Part shown: piece by piece, positions 1-11,770 of the stretch | How positions within the stretch are numbered: position 1 is the stretch's first letter | Layout: every line of letters begins with the position of its first letter | The notes under the pieces: model-generated | The model's input: the letters and a program-made list of their open reading frames with translations, nothing else | Databases searched by the model: none | Told to the model about the DNA's origin: nothing | Made by a program: the position numbers and the translations under genes | DNA from: Negaprion brevirostris | Taxonomy: Eukaryota | Length of the DNA stretch: 64,000 nucleotides | Assembly: GCA_030324005.1 (NCBI GenBank) | Contig: JARDVH010000106.1 | Location: forward strand, 41,016,640 to 41,080,639 | Reading direction: 5' to 3'

Positions 1-297
1 TACCAAGCTCACTCAGCCTCTCGTCCAATCAGGACACAAACAACCAAAAGGGGATGGAGCTGCCGCAGCAGCTCCTGAAGGACCAACACCTCCAAATAAG
101 AAGGTTGTTGTCATTAGTCCCACCAAATTCAAACAGGCAAAGCAGTAGTAATAAATAAAAGTGCAAGTTGATCCGAATTGCTGGGGCTTCATAGTGAAGT
201 TGCCAAGTTTACTGACTCATCCACAGTCTAAGCTGGACATCTCCTTAAAATGCATCATTTGTGCCCTCATATCTTTCCCTCCTTTCTCCCTTCTTAT

Positions 298-603
298 GGG
301 CGGCACGGTGGCACAATGGTTAGCACTGCTGTCTCACAGCGCCAGGAACCCATGTTGGATTCCTGGCTTGGGTCACTGTCTGTGCAGAATCTACACGTTC
401 TCCTCGTCTTTGCATGGGTTTCCTCTGGGTCCTCTGGTTTCTTCCTATAGTCCAAAAGACGTGCTGGTTAGGCACATTGGCTATATTAAATTCTCCCTCA
501 GTGTACCCGAATAGGCGCCGGAGTGTGGCGATTAGGGGATTTTCACAGTAACTTCATTGCGGTGTTAATGTAAGGCTACTTGTAACACTAATACATAAAC
601 TTT
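298..603 (+). mobile_element. HE1-like tRNA-derived SINE (V-SINE type), full length, tail type B
   Basis: Head GGGCGGCACGGTGGCACAATGGTTAGCACTGCT with A box and a degenerate B box (GTTGGATTCC); central TGGGTTTCCTCTGGG...GGTTTC domain; tail GGATTTTCACAGTAACTTCATTGC...CTTGTAACACTAATACATAAAC. Confidence 0.85.
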
Positions 604-1387
604 AAAAATTCTTATAACCTATATCATTCAATACCTTCAGCCACCTCCTCTGGAATATCATTGCTTCCCCATGATGTCCTCCATAACATTCTGAAGGGAA
701 GCTACTTTATAATGTTCTCTCACTAATTCAGTGCAAACCAACCAACATTTCTCAATGTGTTACTTTGACAGATAGCACACTGTCATGTGTTGTAGCTTTT
801 CTTTCCTATTTCCACATTTATAAGGTTAAAATGTTAAATCTGAGCTCGGCCATCAGCCAGTAATGGGAGTGAGGAGGTGGGTAAGTGGCATCAGCACTAG
901 CACAGAGAAATCCTGAAAGCTTGGTTTGAGAGACATATATTTGTGTTATAGGCAAATGTTCCTCGTGAGGCATTTGGACTGAGATATTCTAAGTTTTGGA
1001 AGGTGGGGGAGAGCAGGGGGCTGGTAAAAGGGAGAAATGGCCTGTATTCTACATTGATTCTCACTGCAACATTTAAAATCTTGACACTTTCAAACTATGT
1101 TAATTTACAGAGAGCAATTAATAATCAAACTCAAATTTTTGGCTCAATTCTGCTAGTCATTCAAGCAATCTTATATTTTTACTGTAGTTTACAAAAATGG
1201 CTGCTGGTTTCTTATAGAGGAAACCTTTATTTTAGTTAATAGATGACCAATTTCCTTGAGGATCAGAATATCCTACCATTATTTTGTTATTCTTTAAATT
1301 TCTTTGGAAGTTAGTCTATTTTTGTTCTGGAACTAAACCAGAAATTGTGCTCCAACCGCTGATGCACAAGAAACAATTGTGCCTAAT

Positions 1388-1702
1388 CCCTATGGTGCAG
1401 AAAGAGGCCACTCAGCCCATCGAGCCTGCACCAACAACAATTCTACCCCGACCCTCACTCCAAAACTTCACTTATTTACCCTATCAATCTCCCTGACACT
1501 AAGGGGCAATTTAACATGGCCAATCCACCTAACCTGAACAGCTTTGGACTGTGGGAGGAAACAACAGCACCCAGAGGAAAGCCATGCTGACAGGGGGAGA
1601 ATGTGTAAACACCACACAGATAGTGATCCGAGGCTGTAAGCGAACCTGGGTTCCTGGCGCTGTGAGGCAGCAATGCTAACCAGAGTGTCACCATGCCGAC
1701 CC
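1388..1702 (-). mobile_element. HE1-like SINE, tail type A (CR1/HER1-type tail)
   Basis: Reverse complement has the same head and core as 298-603 but ends GCAGGCTCGATGGGCTGAGTGGCCTCTTTCTGCACCATAGGG. Confidence 0.85.
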
Positions 1703-1778
1703 ACTGGCCTCGAATGTTCTCAACAACTCATCAATGAATAAAGCTGCAATTAACTGCTGTACAAGAACATCTGCGACC

Positions 1779-1970
1779 AAGTGCTCTGGTTTCCTCCCAC
1801 ACTCCAAAATGTGCAGATTAGACGGGTTGGCCATGCTGAATGAATCCCTAGTGTCAGGAGGATTAGCAGAGTAAATGCATGGGGTTAGAGGGAAGGGGCC
1901 TGGGTGGGAATGCTGTCGGTGAAGGCTCGATGGGTCAAATGGCCTCCTTCTGTCCTGTAGGGATCCTATA
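1779..1970 (+). mobile_element. 5'-truncated HE1-like SINE, tail type A
   Basis: CTCTGGTTTCCTCCCACACTCCAAAATGTGCAG...GGCTCGATGGGTCAAATGGCCTCCTTCTGTCCTGTAGGGATCC. Confidence 0.8.
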
Positions 1971-2142
1971 ATTCAGTTCCACTGTGAATTTCAAGAATAG
2001 TTTTTGACTACGCTTGTTAACAAGGAATATTACAAAACATTTGATTAGCAATTCCACACAAGCTCTAATTAAAATGTAACAAAATACTCCTTTAATCAAT
2101 TATTTTACACGCACAGGGTATTTAGCTTCCTAATACAGGATT

Positions 2143-3620
2143 AAAATACTGCAGGTGCTGACAATCTGAACACAAAACATCTGCCCCTCCTGCCAGTGGG
2201 ATCTTCTGGTCCCGCTGAAAACAATCGCCTTTTGAATGACTTGCTGCATTTTCCAGCCCAGGCCTTGTCATCTGAAGTGCCGGAAAATTCTACCAAGAAA
2301 ATGCTGGAAATGCTCAGGTCAGGGAGCAGGAGTAGAGAGAGAGAAACAGAGTTAAACCTTCTGGTTCATGCATCTTTCACTTTTCTCACTTCCAATTAAA
2401 GGTTAGCAGGTTTTAAGAAAAGCAAAGAGGTAGGAAAAGATTAGATTTTTAAAGTTTATTTATTAGTATCACAAGTAGGCTTACATTTACACTGCAATGA
2501 ATGTTTTTCAAAAAAAAAACCGTAGAAGTCAGTGCAGAAAAAGGCCATTCAGCCCATCAAGTCTGCACTGACAGCAATCCCACCCCAGGCCCTTTCCCAC
2601 AACCCCACACATTTACCCCACTAATCCCTCTAACCTGCACATCCTGGCACACTAAGAAACAATGTAGCATTGACCAATCAACCTAATCCGCATATCTTTG
2701 GACTGTGGGAAGAAACCGGAGCACCCAGAGGAAACCCACACAGACATTGTGTTACTGTGCTGCCCATTACTGTGAAAATCCTCTAGTTGCCACACTCCAG
2801 TGCCTGTTCAGGTACATGGAGGGAGAATTTAGCATGACCCACGCACCTAATCACATGCCTTTTGGGCCATGGGAGGAGACGAGAGCACCCAGAGAAAACT
2901 CACTAAGACACAGAGAGANNNNNNNNNNACCTGGGCCCCTGGCGCTGTGAGTCAGCAGCGCTAATTACTGTGCCACCGTGCTGCTCAGGTCTAGAGGGAA
3001 TATATATACACAATAGCAGAATAATAACTGGCATTTGACATCTGTAAAAAATGGGAAAGAGATTATGATCAAAATTATTGAACTCAATGTTGGGTCTGGC
3101 TGGCTGTATACTGCCTATCCCAAAGGTGAGCTACTGTTCCTTAAACTTACACTGAACTTCTCTGAAAGAATTCAGGACATTGAGGGCAGAGGGGTCAGAG
3201 TGCAAATGGAACGGAGAATTAACATGGCAAGTCACTGGACCATAAAACCATAAGGTAAAGCGGCAAAATTAGGCCATTCAGTCCATCGTGTCTGCTCCAC
3301 TATTTGAATATGACTGGAATTTTGGGGTCATGCTTAGCAGCTGTATCTATGTTGGTCCCTCCAGTGTAAAGGATACATTATACAGAACAGTGAATATGGT
3401 GTGCTAAATTGAAAGTCATGCAAATAAATCACTGACAGAACAACATGTTCCACCCAATCACAGACCTCACCTTTTCTCTATCCCTTGCTTTTCCCTGCCT
3501 TTGTACCCAAAACCTTTTACATCTCTAATCCTTTGCAGCTCTGACAAGAGATAGTGACCCTGAAATTTTAGCTCTTTTTCCTGGTGCCACCTATCCTGCA
3601 ATTTTTTGTTTTAATTTCAT
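2143..3620 (-). mobile_element. Decayed Penelope-like element (GIY-YIG C-terminus and terminal repeat), interrupted by SINE and CR1 pieces
   Basis: 3142-3071 (-) translates KEQ*LTFGIGSIQPARPNIEFNNF, resembling the EEQHLIFRLGTLQP.GLNIEFNNF end of fish/shark Penelope endonucleases; terminal-repeat-like AAAATACTGCAGGTGCTGACAATCTGAA...GAGAGAGAAACAGAGTTAA at 2143-2360; an oppositely oriented terminal piece at about 3450-3620. Confidence 0.6.
2449..2988 (-). mobile_element. Tail-B HE1-like SINE with a tail-A HE1-like SINE (about 2521-2765) nested inside
   Basis: The tail-B end at 2449-2501 resumes as TTACTGTGAAAATCC at 2767; the intervening sequence is a tail-A copy with an internal deletion. Confidence 0.75.
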
Positions 3621-3663
3621 ACTTAGCTCCCTCTTAGCTTGCCAAAACCATGTTCCTCCGAAG

Positions 3664-4078
3664 TTTTTCATGGGGCATGGGCGTCGCTGGTTGGCCAGCA
3701 TTTATTGCCCATCTCTAGTTGCCCTTGAGGAGGTGGTGGTGAGCTGCCTTCTTGAAATGCTGATACAACTGAGTGGCTTGCTCAGCCATTTCACAGGGCA
3801 TTTAAGAATCAACCACATTGATGTGGTTCTCGAGTCATATGTTGGCCAGACCAGATAAGGATGGCAAATTTCCTTCCCTGAAGGACAACAGTGAACCAGA
3901 TGGGTTTTCCCGACAATTGACAATGGTTTGATGGTCATTAGTAGATTTTAATCCCAAATACTTTTTTTGAATACAAATTTCACCAACTGCCATGGTGGGA
4001 TTGGAACCCAGGTTCCCAAAACAGTAACTGAATTTCTGGATTAATAGTCGAGTGAAAATACCGTCAGGCCATCCCTCC
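3664..4078 (-). mobile_element. tRNA-derived SINE family 2 (non-HE1)
   Basis: Reverse complement: tRNA-like head (GGTTCCAATCCCACCATGGCAG), core AAACCCATCTGGTTCACT...GGGAAGGAAAT, tail GGGCAACTAGAGATGGGCAATAAATGCTGGCC shared with the LINE ends at 30296-30832 and 36715-37235. Confidence 0.8.
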
Positions 4079-4309
4079 TCCATGTAACATGTCAAAATGT
4101 GCAGCATATTATCCTGCAACTTGCATCTCCAGGAGCAGAAATGCATTGTGATGGCTATACCTCCAATTTCTTACCATTGTTATGATTGCAGCATTACAGC
4201 AAACATCCTCAGTTGCGCTCTCTGATATAAACATTTTTCACTGATATAACAAGGGAAAAAGTACACACGCATCATCTAAAATTGAGCTCTAATTGAATAA
4301 AAACTGCAG

Positions 4310-4525
4310 ATGGGTAAGTAAAAAGGTGCTTTGTTGCTTGATTTCTGAGCGAATGAGCCCTGCTGTTCAGTATCACACTCATTTATAATTCAGCCCAATC
4401 GATTAGTTACTCTGCAACTGACTGCCTTGTTTCTTGCATTACAACAATGACCACACGTCAAAAGTACTTCACTGGCTGCAAAGTGCTTCAGATGGTTATA
4501 AAAAGCACCAAATAAATGCAATTCA
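4310..4525 (+). mobile_element. Old DeuSINE/L2-type 3' tail remnant
   Basis: CATTACAACAATGACCACACGTCAAAAGTACTTCACTGGCTGCAAAGTGCTT...ATAAATGCAA resembles the AmnSINE1/SacSINE1-type tail. Confidence 0.5.
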
Positions 4526-4575
4526 TTCAAATGTTTATTTTTTGTAATGAAAACCTTCTGGCTATAGTGAAAAAC

Positions 4576-4712
4576 ATGTGCTGATTAGGTGCGTTGACCA
4601 TGCAAAATTCTCCCTCGGCACAGGCACTGGAGTGTGGCGACTAGGCATTTTCACAGTAATTTCATTACTGTATTAATGTAAGCCTACTTGTGACAATAAT
4701 AAATTAACTTTA
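4576..4712 (+). mobile_element. HE1-like SINE 3' fragment, tail B
   Basis: GTGTGGCGACTAGGCATTTTCACAGTAATTTCATT...CTACTTGTGACAATAATAAAT. Confidence 0.8.
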
Positions 4713-4786
4713 AATGCTGTATCCTTAAAATATAGTTCATATTTAATGAAATACGTGAAGGTTACAATATCCAAAATCCCACTTAT

Positions 4787-4856
4787 AAGAACATAAGCAG
4801 TAGGAATAGGAGTAGGCCATCTAGCCCCTCAAGCCTGCCCCGCCATTCAATAAGAT
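4787..4856 (-). mobile_element. CR1-type LINE 3' tail running into a gap
   Basis: ATAAGAACATAAGCAGTAGGAATAGGAGTAGGCCATCTAGCCCCTC; a near-identical tail occurs at 29812-29889. Confidence 0.7.
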
Positions 4857-6070
4857 NNNNNNNNNNNNNNNNNNNNNNNNNNNNNNNNNNNNNNNNNNNN
4901 NNNNNNNNNNNNNNNNNNNNNNNNNNNNNNNNNNNNNNNNNNNNNNNNNNNNNNNNNNNNNNNNNNNNNNNNNNNNNNNNNNNNNNNNNNNNNNNNNNNN
5001 NNNNNNNNNNNNNNNNNNNNNNNNNNNNNNNNNNNNNNNNNNNNNNNNNNNNNNNNNNNNNNNNNNNNNNNNNNNNNNNNNNNNNNNNNNNNNNNNNNNN
5101 NNNNNNNNNNNNNNNNNNNNNNNNNNNNNNNNNNNNNNNNNNNNNNNNNNNNNNNNNNNNNNNNNNNNNNNNNNNNNNNNNNNNNNNNNNNNTAGACCTG
5201 CCTCCTCATCCTGCCCAGGTGCTGTCAAAAACAATCAAGAGAAATAAATACCTCAGGATTCAAGCACAGCAGAGAATGGACCAAGGACCATTCTTTGGGC
5301 AGACCACTCATGGAATGGAGATGAAATCTAGTCACAGATGCAAGGATGGCCTAATGGAATTTCTTATGTCAGGTGAATTTTGTAATCTTGAACGGGTCCT
5401 CATTAACAAATGAGAGCAGAACTAGGCCTCACAGTTCCTCAAGACTCCTCCACATCGGAATCACAGCTAATTTTCAATTCTACTTCACTTTCCCATCCAT
5501 ATCTCAATTCCCTTAGAACTCAAAATCCAATTGGCCTCAGCCTCAAATGCACTCAACAACTGAACATACAAAGCTTTTTAGTGTAGAGAATTCTATAGGT
5601 TCACAACTCTCTGCTGGAGAAATTTCACCTCTTCTCAATGCCCAGCGACTGACCCCTTATCATGAGGCAATGCCCCCCTGCATTAGCCATCGCAGCATGT
5701 TTGTTCTTAATTCTGAAGGATGGACTGATAGATTCACTACTAGGACAAGGACTGTTGCAATTACATTCAACATAATCCATCCTATTTTTCAATAAAAGTA
5801 AATTCATTTCAATGTTCCATGTAACAAAAAGAAAGGCAAAATATATTTGCCTGGATCTTTTGTGAAGCATCACGGGAATTGAAAAGGTTGAACTTCTCCA
5901 TACATTGACACTGTTCCGCAATTCTTGCTTAGTCTTCTGAGCCCATCTTCTCCAGAAGCATGGAGCACATTGTCACTTGGAGACCTCTATTGCAGTGATA
6001 ATGGGTTAGGGGAGAATCAAGACATGGTAAGCTTAAACATCCAGTATCAATGTTAAGTGAATGAGTGAAT

Positions 6071-6401
6071 TTTTCTTTTATTCATCTGTAAGACATGGGC
6101 ATCACTGGTTGGCCAGCATTTCTTGCCCATCCCAAATTGCCCTTGGAAGGGTAGCTGAGAGTCAATCACATTTCTGTGGCTCTGGAGTCACATGTAGGCC
6201 AGGCAAGGATGGCAGATTTCTTTCCCTGAAAGACACTAGTGAACCAGATGGGTTTTTCCGACAATTGTTTCATGGTCATCAGTAGATTCTTAGTTCCAGA
6301 TAATTTTTTTTATTGAATTTAAATTTCACCATCTGCCTGGGTTACCAGAACATTTCTGGATTAATAGTGTAGTGATTATACCACCAGGCCGTTGCCTCCC
6401 C
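6071..6401 (-). mobile_element. tRNA-derived SINE family 2
   Basis: Same core (CTAGTGAACCAGATGGGTTTTTCCGACAAT) and tail as 3664-4078. Confidence 0.8.
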
Positions 6402-7479
6402 TATGAATGGGTAGAGTAGGTGAAGTAGGCTGGTGAGTGGGTAGGGTGACAGGTAAGTGAGATGCCATGAGTAGTCAAATCAGGGGAGGTAGTCAGGGTC
6501 ATTGGAATGTCAGGGTCTCAGTGTGAATCCAGTGTATGTGGCTGGGGAATGGGGGCAATGGCCAGGGGTACAGTTCTATAGTTATCCAGGAGTTGGACCA
6601 GATTTTCCTGGCTAACGTTTCCTGGGTAACTATCCAAATATGTCCCGCAGATCTGTGTGAAGTCTCAGGTTCTAACTTGGAAGTTGAAATTCCCCAGGCA
6701 ATTCCCAATCAGCACATAAGGGTTTCAGCAGGTTCCTGACAAACATCTTGGGCCATGAGTCTGGTCTCCAATGATCGGCAGACCAGAAGATCTGAACCAA
6801 CCTACCCAATAGCAAACTAAATACATTTACACTTTCCTGAGTATAATGTGCTGAAATTGAGCAGTGCCATACTTATGAAGACAGTCTTCACCTTAAGGTG
6901 AAATGGAATATTCCAAATGATGTTGTTGCCGGGGGGGGGGGGGGATTTATATTGAANNNNNNNNNNNNNNNNNNNNNNNNNNNNNNNNNNNNNNNNNNNN
7001 NNNNNNNNNNNNNNNNNNNNNNNNNNNNNNNNNNNNNNNNNNNNNNNNNNNNNNNNNNNNNNNNNNNNNNNNNNNNNNNNNNNNNNNNNNNNNNNNNNNN
7101 NNAACAGGTGTGTGGACCTGTAAATTTGGCTGCCATGTCATTGATTGCGTATCCACCCCTAGCCCACCTGCTTCCACCCCTACCATCATGTTAAGGATTG
7201 TAGGGGAGGTTTCAGGTAGGCTACCAACTCTTGGCCAAATTGGGAGCCTTAAATGGCCATTAAATGATCAAATAAGGATCTCATCTCACCGCTGTTCCAA
7301 TTTAACATGTAGCAGAAAAATCTATACCCAACGTGCAGCCAGCATGTCTTACCCTGCAAGCTGATGGTCAGTGAAAGGAGGGCTGGTGCCTCCATCCTAA
7401 GCTCCCTCAGCCAGTGGACACCCCACCCTACAGTTTTGCCACCCAGTGTCTATACACCAATCCTCAGCCCTTCATTGAC

Positions 7480-7775
7480 TAGAATCATAGAATCCATGCA
7501 GTGCAGAAGCAGAGTATTCGGCCCATCGAATCTGCATCGACCACAATCTCATACAGGCCTAGTCCCGTAACCCCAAATATTTACTCTGCTAATCCCCCTG
7601 ACACTAAGGGGGCCAATTAACCTAACCTGCATGTCTTTAGAGTGTGAGAGGAAACCCACACAGACACGAGGAGAATGTACAAACTCCACACAGATAGTGA
7701 TCCAAGCCAGGAATTGAACCTAGGTTCCTGGTGCTGTGAGGCTGCAGTGCTAACCATTGTGCCACCACACCTTGC
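7480..7775 (-). mobile_element. HE1-like SINE, tail A
   Basis: CATAGAATCCATGCAGTGCAGAAG...GCAGTGCTAACCATTGTGCCACCACACC. Confidence 0.85.
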
Positions 7776-7834
7776 CAACCCTTGGAGGGTCACTCCCAAA
7801 ATTTACACTGGGGAGTTTACCTTTAGGATACAGT

Positions 7835-8290
7835 GGGGAGATAGTGGTATAGTGACAATGTTCCTATGTCAAGAGGCCCAGGCCAATGTTATGAGGTCAT
7901 AGATTCAAACACCACCATCACAGCTGGTAGAAATAAAACTTCAATTAATAAAATCTGGAATATAAAGCAAGTCTTGGTAATGGTGACCATGAACGTTGTA
8001 AAAGCCCATCTGGTTCATTAATGTTCTTTAGAGAAGGAANNNNNNNNNNNNNNNNNNNNNNNNNNNNNNNNNNNNNNNNNNNNNNNNNNNNNNNNNNNNN
8101 NNNNNNNNNNNNNNNNNNNNNNNNNNNNNNNNNNNNNNNGCTGTCCTTACCCGGTCTGGCTGACGTGTGAGTCCAGGCCAACAGTCATGGAGTTGGCTTT
8201 TAACTGCCCTCTACAATGGCACAACAAGCCATTCGATTCAAGGGTAATTTGATAGGGATGGACAACAAATGCCAGCCTCTCCAGCCACAA
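7835..8290 (+). mobile_element. tRNA-derived SINE family 2 (spans a gap)
   Basis: Head GGGGAGATAGTGGTATAGTG; core AAAGCCCATCTGGTTCATTAATG; tail GATAGGGATGGACAACAAATGCCAGCC. Confidence 0.7.
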
Positions 8291-8299
8291 AAGAATATT

Positions 8300-8825
8300 G
8301 TTTTAAAAAATCTAGCCAAGAGACACAGAAGCAGAAACAACTGCTGTGAAAAATGACAGAAAAGCCTGTTTTTGGTGTTAGCCACCAAGCAAGATGCTGG
8401 TGAGAACTGGTTCTCTGTTTGAAGAAACAGGACTTGAGGATTTAAAGATCAAGGAACTGCTGGAAGCTAGTTTGGAGATACACAGAAGACTCAAAAGGAT
8501 GTTGGAAGACTTGCCTTTGTCTTGCAGAGAGGAAGGAGTCAACTGAAAAGCCAGGAAATTGGGACTTAAATTTCAAGGCTATATATCTGCTGTGAGTGTG
8601 GCGCAAAGTAAAACTATGCTGTAAAATATTTGATTGTGTTGGTCAATGCAGAAGTACCTTTTCTATAGTTTGGGTTATTCATTGCCTATTAAATAATGTT
8701 TAGGCAATGTTGATTTTAGTTTGTTACATTAGAAGTCAGAAAATATGAAATTTAGTCCTATTATTCCCATCAGTTGCTTAGAATTTAATCTGTTTTTTCA
8801 AAAATGTTACTGGTCTCTTGAAACA
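8300..8825 (+). mobile_element. Solo-LTR-like interspersed repeat
   Basis: Shares the motif GCAGAAGTACCTTTTCT.TAGTTT and a similar T-rich 3' part with about 35480-35927 and 44979-45740; no coding similarity. Confidence 0.4.
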
Positions 8826-8939
8826 ACTGTTGTGCCCTGCTGTTGAGAATTCTCTCAATTCCTCTGACATTGCTACATTACCAGACTGCCACTCTGACAG
8901 CCAGTGAGCAGAAAATTCAACCAATTGAAATATTTAGGA

Positions 8940-9680
8940 AGGATGAAGCCATTGCCTTCATCCCCTGCTACAGAATCACTTCCTTAGCTGCTGACTCGAT
9001 CCCTTTCCCTGCCAATGGTCCGAACCTTGGTATCATATTTGAGATGGACAGAGTTTCTTAGCACATATGCCCACTCCATCTCTCAGACTACCTATTGTCA
9101 CACTTCTTAATTGTTCACCCATGCTTTATTATCTTTAGACTTGATTGTTCAATACAATTCTGGCTGGTCTGACACATTCCACATGATAAACTTGAGATCA
9201 TCCAAAATTCTGATGTTGTTTCCTTACCTACATTAAGTCCCATTCACCCATCAGCTCCGAGCATACTAACCTACATTGATTCTTGGTTGATCAGTACTTC
9301 AATTTTCAAATTTTACTTGTTGATTTAAATTCCTCCATGGCTTCCCTGCTCTCTCCCTCTTGTCAATGTTTCCAGCCCACAACCCTCTGGGATATCCACA
9401 CTTGTCTAACTCTGGGATCTTGAGCATCGTTGATTTCAATTGCACCACCTTTGGTGGCCTTCAGTTGCCTAGGCCCCAAGCTCTAGAAATCTCTCTCCAA
9501 GCCACTCTGCCCTTTGAGACCTTCCTTAAAACCACTCTTTAGAAAAAACTTTTGACCATCTGTCCTAACAACAAGTTATGGGGGCTTAGTTTTTAAGTTT
9601 TGTTTTACACCGTTTTGATAAAGGAAGAGCCTTGGGAACATTTAAAGGTGCTATACAAATGTAAGTTGCTGCTGTTGTTC
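8940..9680 (+). mobile_element. L2-clade LINE 3' fragment
   Basis: CATGCTTTATTATCTTTAGACTTGATTGTTC encodes a degenerate HAF..SRLDY.N motif; ends AAAGGTGCTATACAAATGTAAGTTGCTGCTGTTG. Confidence 0.7.
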
Positions 9681-10404
9681 TTGAGGAAAGCCATCATGAG
9701 AAGCTTTTGAAACTTGCACTTGAGGTACAACCTTCTTCTTGACCCGTTTTATCAGATGAGAAAGGGCAAAATGTACCCCTTTTGCTCTGCCTTATGTTAT
9801 TTTGACAGGTTTACAGATTTGCATTGCTGCTTGTGGTCTGACACCCGTTCAAAATCTACGATACTGTAGCACTGCCTGGAATACATTACAGCCTGAAGGG
9901 GATATATCAATATTTTAAAAGCAATCTTCCAAGAGAAAGATTGATTTGATTGGAAGACAGATGTATTTATTTTTTAAAAAAAGCACTTATTTCAAAAGGA
10001 AAAAGTGATCCAGTAATTACAAATACATAATGGTTTACTATTAAACATCACAATGCATATTTTACGATTTAGGCATTTGCCATATCCTCTCTTTGTAATA
10101 AGGTTTTTATTTTTGCACCTATAATCAACAGCTGTTGCACTTAGGTTATAGTTTTTAAAAAGCAAATTAAACATCCGTTTACTATTCAACGCAAAATCAC
10201 AAATAATTTATTTGTTCACATTTGTAATTCCTGTTGGATTTAGGCTGACAGTTTTTTAATGTTTAACGGAGATTTTGGGCCATAGGTATCTAAAGATTAG
10301 AAAGCAAATATTCCTCAATGTGGAAATCATTTAAGCTTAGATTTCAGAGGTAATGACATGACCCAATTTCTAGTCAGACTTTAATTACAAAACACTTTGA
10401 TACA

Positions 10405-10915
10405 ATGAATGGAGAGTTTTAGCTACAAGGAAAGATTGCATACGCTGGAGTTATATCCTTTGGAGTAGAGCAGGTTTGATTTCGTTGAGTTATATAAAAC
10501 TCTCTTGGGCTTGGACAGGTTTTGAATGATAGCAGCTATACAGTGCAGAAGGAGGTCATTCAGCCCATTGAGATTGCACCAACAACAATCCCATCCAGGT
10601 CCAATCCCCGTTACCCCACCTATTTACCCTGCTAGTCTCCCCTGACACTAAGGGGCAATTTTGCATGGTCAATCAACCTAACCTGCACATTTCCTGGAGC
10701 AGAGAGTTTGAAGCAGAAGGATTAGAAGGGAGTTGAAGAGAATGTTTTTCACCCAGAGGGGAGTAGAACCAGGCACTCATCATCTTTAGAAAGTACTTGG
10801 AAGTGCTATAACATCAGAGGCTATGGTGACAGCTGAAAAGTGGGATTAGGCTGGTTATTTCTTGGCCAGCAGAAACACGATGGGCCAAATGTGCTGTAAA
10901 TTCTCTTTATTTCTA
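10405..10915 (+). mobile_element. CR1 LINE 3' end with an inserted HE1 tail-A fragment (about 10518-10692, minus)
   Basis: SYKERLHTLELYPLE-like CR1 C-terminus and TTTTTCACCCAGAGGG; tail ATGGGCCAAAT...TTTCTAT. Confidence 0.65.
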
Positions 10916-11415
10916 TAATAGAAACTTTACAATTAATCCTTGTTAGATTTCATAATATCATTATTCATAGCCAAAATTAACGTACTCTTGAATATTTTAA
11001 GATAATTAAATGCACTGATACAGAACATTACTACTTATGAGCCTGATTAGCTATCTGCTCAGATGTCCTGCTTCACTGCTACATTCAGCATAAATTGATT
11101 TTTTCTCTCTGCTGGGAACAAAGTGCATTTATGCAACAATCCATACAAAATAATACATACAAACAGAAAATTACAACAAGAGACATAACTTGTAAAAGGC
11201 GTCAATCAAATCTAATAATAAATTCCTTCACACTGAATCATCATTTGTCATTTCAAGTGTTAAACATGCAATGCGTTTGTTTCACTTCATTAAAGGATTT
11301 TATTTTTATATCAGAGTCTGGGCCTATAACCTTACAGAGTATGATTTTCAAGGCTAATCCTGTGCATGATGTGCAAAATTACACACACACTTTGGACTTG
11401 TGCAGCATGGTTCAG

Positions 11416-11770
11416 GGCAGCATGATGCCACAGTGGTTAGCACTGCTGCTTCATAGTGCCAGGGACACAGATTCGATTCCAGCCTTGGGTCATTGTGCAA
11501 ACTCCACACAGACATTCTCTCAGTGTCTCTGTAGCTTCCCCTGGGTGCTCTGCTTTCTTCCCACAGTCCAAAGATATGCNNNNNNNNNNNNNNNNNNNNN
11601 NNNNNNNNNNNNNNNNNNNNNNNNNNNNNNNNNNNNNNNNNNNNNNNNNNNNNNNNNNNNNNNNNNNNNNNNNNNNNNNNNNNNNNNNNNNNNNNNNNNN
11701 NNNNNNNNNNNNNNNNNNNNNNNNNCAATGCACTGACTGGCCTCCTTCTGCACTGTAGGGATTCTATGGA
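11416..11770 (+). mobile_element. HE1-like SINE, tail A (spans a gap)
   Basis: GGGCAGCATGATGCCACAGTGGTTAGCACTGCTG...GGCCTCCTTCTGCACTGTAGGGATTCTATG. Confidence 0.85.

Noticed and set aside
298-372. tRNA genes at SINE heads
   Set aside because: The A/B-box-like sequences are degenerate and continue directly into SINE bodies; there is no complete cloverleaf.
1388-1970. Large hairpin or miRNA precursor from inverted sequence
   Set aside because: It is simply two diverged HE1 copies in opposite orientation, which is expected at this SINE density.
9809-9918. Terminal coding exon after the acceptor TTATTTTGACAG
   Set aside because: The longest frame is about 35 codons with no recognisable similarity and no supported upstream exon.
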